Source: Escherichia phage mEp554 | Length of the DNA stretch: 53,846 bases | Sequence record: PP180005 | Reading direction: 5' to 3' (one strand) | Part shown: positions 51,170 through 53,846 of the stretch, piece by piece | Layout of the letters: each line of letters starts with the position of its first letter | Position numbering within the stretch: the stretch's first letter is position 1 | Position numbers and translations under genes: made by a program | The notes under the pieces: generated by a model | Seen by the model: the letters and a program-made list of their open reading frames with translations, nothing else | What the model was told of the DNA's origin: nothing | Database searches by the model: none

Positions 51170-53695
51170 ATGATTTATACGACTGGAACAATTGCCATCA
51201 ACGGCAATACTGTTACAGGCACGGGAACAAACTTTTCCGCGCCGCTTTCTCTCATTCGTGTAGGTTGCACGCTCATTGCCATCGGCAACCAGGTGCAGAT
51301 CTTTACAGTTACAGAAATTAAAAACGGTACTGAACTGTCAGTAACGCCAGCGGCTAACCCTGCGATCCCTGCCGGAACAAAATTTAGTATTCTGCTATCT
51401 GACTCGATCTCAGTTGATGGGCTTGCTCAGGATGTAGCCGAAACTCTGCGTTACTACCAGGGCAAGGAAACAGAGATTGCAACAGCCGTTGAATGGTGGA
51501 ACGAGTTCGGCGGTGATGGTCAGATGGAACAACTTCTTGCCGACATTCGCGCAGAAACAGCGCAATCAACCGCCAATGCTCAAAAAACAGAATCAGACAA
51601 AAACGCGGCAGCAGCATCAAAAACGGCAGCAGCAAACTCAGCCACAGCAGCAAAAGCGTCACAGGATGCAGCAAAAGCCAGCGAAACGTCAGCAAGCAAC
51701 AGCAAAACGGCGGCGGCTACCAGCGAAACCAATGCGGCAAAATCAGCAGCCGATGCGCTTAACTATCGCAACCAGGCGCAGGGCATTGTGGGGACTGATA
51801 TAGGTTTGGGTGCAAATCGCCGCGACTGGCCTGACTGTAACGATCCGACAGGATATATAGGTTTTTGCCGTGCCGAAGCGTCAACAGCAAAAAACTTTCC
51901 GTCGATTGCATCAGGAGAGCTTTACCTTGTTGGTTGGTTGGCGCGCGGTGACGGTGCAACTATTAACGGCTGTTTCGTTGGTACTGTTACCCGTTCACTG
52001 TATACCTACAGCTATAACAACGCAGACAAATCAGTTGCGTGGACGCGTCACGCAAGAAAAGACGAAGTAGATCGCTTTTCTCAAATAGGTAGCGACCAGA
52101 CCCGTATTTACGCTGGCAACGGTAAAACATATTTAGAAATTGGCAACGATCGTGCATGGGGTGTTTATAATGGCGAGACTGGTCAATGGAAACCGTTAGA
52201 TCTTGCGCAAGGCGGTACATCTGGACGTAATTCAGGACAGGCGCGTACAAACCTTGAGGTTATGCACGAGAAAAAATCAGCTCTCAATTCCACTAATATT
52301 AATACGCTCACTGGTGAGTATTCTGGTTTTTATTACCAGGCATCAAATGTAGGCGCTACGGCAGAGTTAGGTTATCCAGTAGCAGGCGCGGGAGCATTAC
52401 TTGTTATAAAAAACGGCGCAAATAGTGCATCAGGATGTACGCAGCTCTATTTCCCTTACAATGCTGTAAATGGCGCATTTTATATGCGCCAATATATCCT
52501 TCAATCTTCCTCTGCTGGCTGGGAGTGGACTTCATGGAAAAAATTTCAGTCACTTGATTTTGCTGATAGCCCACAATTTGCCAATCTCAATCTTGTAATT
52601 TCTTCGGATAATGAAACCACTAACGGAGGTATACTGCAAAGCATACTCAACGGTACAACAGGAGCGCAAAGAGCCAGAACGCGCATTTACACCGAGTTTA
52701 GGGGTGATGGTAAGGCGTGGGCAACAACTCATCTACAGAGTGGCAGCAGTAATAAATATGCAGGATTGAGCGAAGACGGAGATTTTGCTTTAAGTACAGG
52801 TGATTTTGTCGCCAGAAGTGCACGATTATCATCAAACGTAAGCAATCCATTAACTTTGACGAGCGCACACCCAACAATTAAATTTGATGAGACTGACAGA
52901 CCTGAAGGGTCGCCGGACTACGCTTTTATCTGTGATGGTGGGAACTGGCGTATTGAAAGAGATCATTGGGATACATCAAAAGCCAAAGATTGCATCTCAT
53001 ATAGTTACAGCACACAAGAAATCAAAGTACCAAATCTGTCGACTCAAAATATTGCCATTCATGGAGGCAAAAGTTCCGGCGCTGGTACACTCCGGATTGA
53101 AAGTCAAAAAAGTTCAGACGAAGGGATGTATATTCGGGCATGGGGTAACGGTACGGATCGCTTGTCTGTTCTGGAGGTATCACTAGACTCAGGATTCCTA
53201 TTCTATGCCCAAAAAGTCGCTGACGGAAGCAAGGTACTAAGGGTTAACGGTTCAGTAACATGCACAACAGTTAACCAGACTTCAGATCGCGACCTAAAAG
53301 ACAACATTCAGGTTATAGGTGACGCTACTGAAGCAATCCGTAAAATGAACGGGTACACTTATACCCTTAAGGAAAACGGCCTGCCTTACGCTGGCGTTAT
53401 CGCTCAGGAGGTCATGGAGGCGCTGCCGGAAGCTGTTGGATCGTTCACCCATTACGGTGAAGAATTGCAGGGACCGACCGTTGACGGACGCGAGCTACGC
53501 GAAGAAACGCGTTATCTCAATGTTGACTACGCCGCAGTGACTGGTTTACTTGTCCAGGTGGCACGCGAAACAGATAACCGCGTAACCGAACTGGAAGAGG
53601 AAAACGCCATCCTACGCGCTAACATTGCTGAAATGGATGAGCGTATCGCAAAACTTGAAGCGCTTGTCAGTAAGTTGACAGAAGGCGAAAAATAA
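51170..53695 (+). CDS. Side tail fibre protein with C-terminal intramolecular chaperone (S74-type) domain
   Basis: Ala/Ser/Thr-rich lambda Stf-like N-terminal repeats; C-terminal SDRDLKDNI...NGYTYTLKENGLPYAGVIAQEV...coiled coil. Confidence 0.85.
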   Translation: MIYTTGTIAINGNTVTGTGTNFSAPLSLIRVGCTLIAIGNQVQIFTVTEIKNGTELSVTPAANPAIPAGTKFSILLSDSISVDGLAQDVAETLRYYQGKETEIATAVEWWNEFGGDGQMEQLLADIRAETAQSTANAQKTESDKNAAAASKTAAANSATAAKASQDAAKASETSASNSKTAAATSETNAAKSAADALNYRNQAQGIVGTDIGLGANRRDWPDCNDPTGYIGFCRAEASTAKNFPSIASGELYLVGWLARGDGATINGCFVGTVTRSLYTYSYNNADKSVAWTRHARKDEVDRFSQIGSDQTRIYAGNGKTYLEIGNDRAWGVYNGETGQWKPLDLAQGGTSGRNSGQARTNLEVMHEKKSALNSTNINTLTGEYSGFYYQASNVGATAELGYPVAGAGALLVIKNGANSASGCTQLYFPYNAVNGAFYMRQYILQSSSAGWEWTSWKKFQSLDFADSPQFANLNLVISSDNETTNGGILQSILNGTTGAQRARTRIYTEFRGDGKAWATTHLQSGSSNKYAGLSEDGDFALSTGDFVARSARLSSNVSNPLTLTSAHPTIKFDETDRPEGSPDYAFICDGGNWRIERDHWDTSKAKDCISYSYSTQEIKVPNLSTQNIAIHGGKSSGAGTLRIESQKSSDEGMYIRAWGNGTDRLSVLEVSLDSGFLFYAQKVADGSKVLRVNGSVTCTTVNQTSDRDLKDNIQVIGDATEAIRKMNGYTYTLKENGLPYAGVIAQEVMEALPEAVGSFTHYGEELQGPTVDGRELREETRYLNVDYAAVTGLLVQVARETDNRVTELEEENAILRANIAEMDERIAKLEALVSKLTEGEK

Positions 53696-53724
53696 GAGGT
53701 GATGTGCGAAGAACATCGCCGCGC

Positions 53725-53753
53725 GAAACGAGGCTAACGCCTCGTTTCTTTTT
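53725..53753 (+). terminator. Rho-independent terminator after tail fibre gene
   Basis: GAAACGAGGC-TAAC-GCCTCGTTTC hairpin plus TTTTT. Confidence 0.7.
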
Positions 53754-53774
53754 GTGTACCAAATAGTGACCAAA
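53753..53774. repeat. Candidate att core, right copy (TGTGTACCAAATAGTGACCAAA)
   Basis: 21/22 identical to 148-169. Confidence 0.4.
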
Positions 53775-53846
53775 TATCCAAAACCAAAAACAAAAGCGCT
53801 GTAACATACTGTTTTATAAATGATTACTAACAGCGCTAACCATTCC

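Larger units (their letters stand above)
148..53774. mobile_element. Integrated temperate phage, lambdoid siphovirus-type; boundaries tentative
   Basis: Continuous integration, replication, immunity, recombination, lysis, packaging, head and lambda-like tail (M-L-K-I-J) modules; 22-bp near-identical direct repeat at 148-169 and 53753-53774. Confidence 0.6.

Overview
The window is essentially one complete-looking temperate phage genome (prophage) of lambdoid siphovirus organisation, about 53.6 kb. All calls come from reading the sequence and the supplied ORF track; no database search, HMM or folding was run, so family names are recalled motif matches. Left to right: a P4-type tyrosine integrase with a convergent AlpA-like excisionase; a leftward early operon (NinB, DnaB-like helicase, HTH-metallophosphoesterase, Bro-N/KilA-C antirepressor, replication initiator carrying four in-gene iterons, small winged-helix paralog); a LexA-like S24 repressor; a rightward early region (Erf, SSB, HNH endonuclease, Dam-type and C5-type methyltransferases, NinG, RusA, Q-like antiterminator, about 20 small ORFs); a phage-21-like lysis cassette; terminase, portal, head genes; and a lambda-like tail module (tape measure, M, L, K, I, 1828-aa J) ending in a side tail fibre. 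The most unusual feature is a tandem array of ten translationally coupled mini-genes (26609-27432), each encoding a 22-32 aa single-helix hydrophobic peptide, sitting where lysis and packaging genes normally abut. Other leads: a 22-bp direct repeat at both extremities (candidate att core), three opposite-strand moron cassettes inside the tail operon, CRP-consensus palindromes about 60 bp upstream of predicted internal promoters, a recurrent ACAAAATGG motif, an SSB whose acidic tip is followed by 15 extra residues where an HNH gene begins, and a large repeat expansion inside J.
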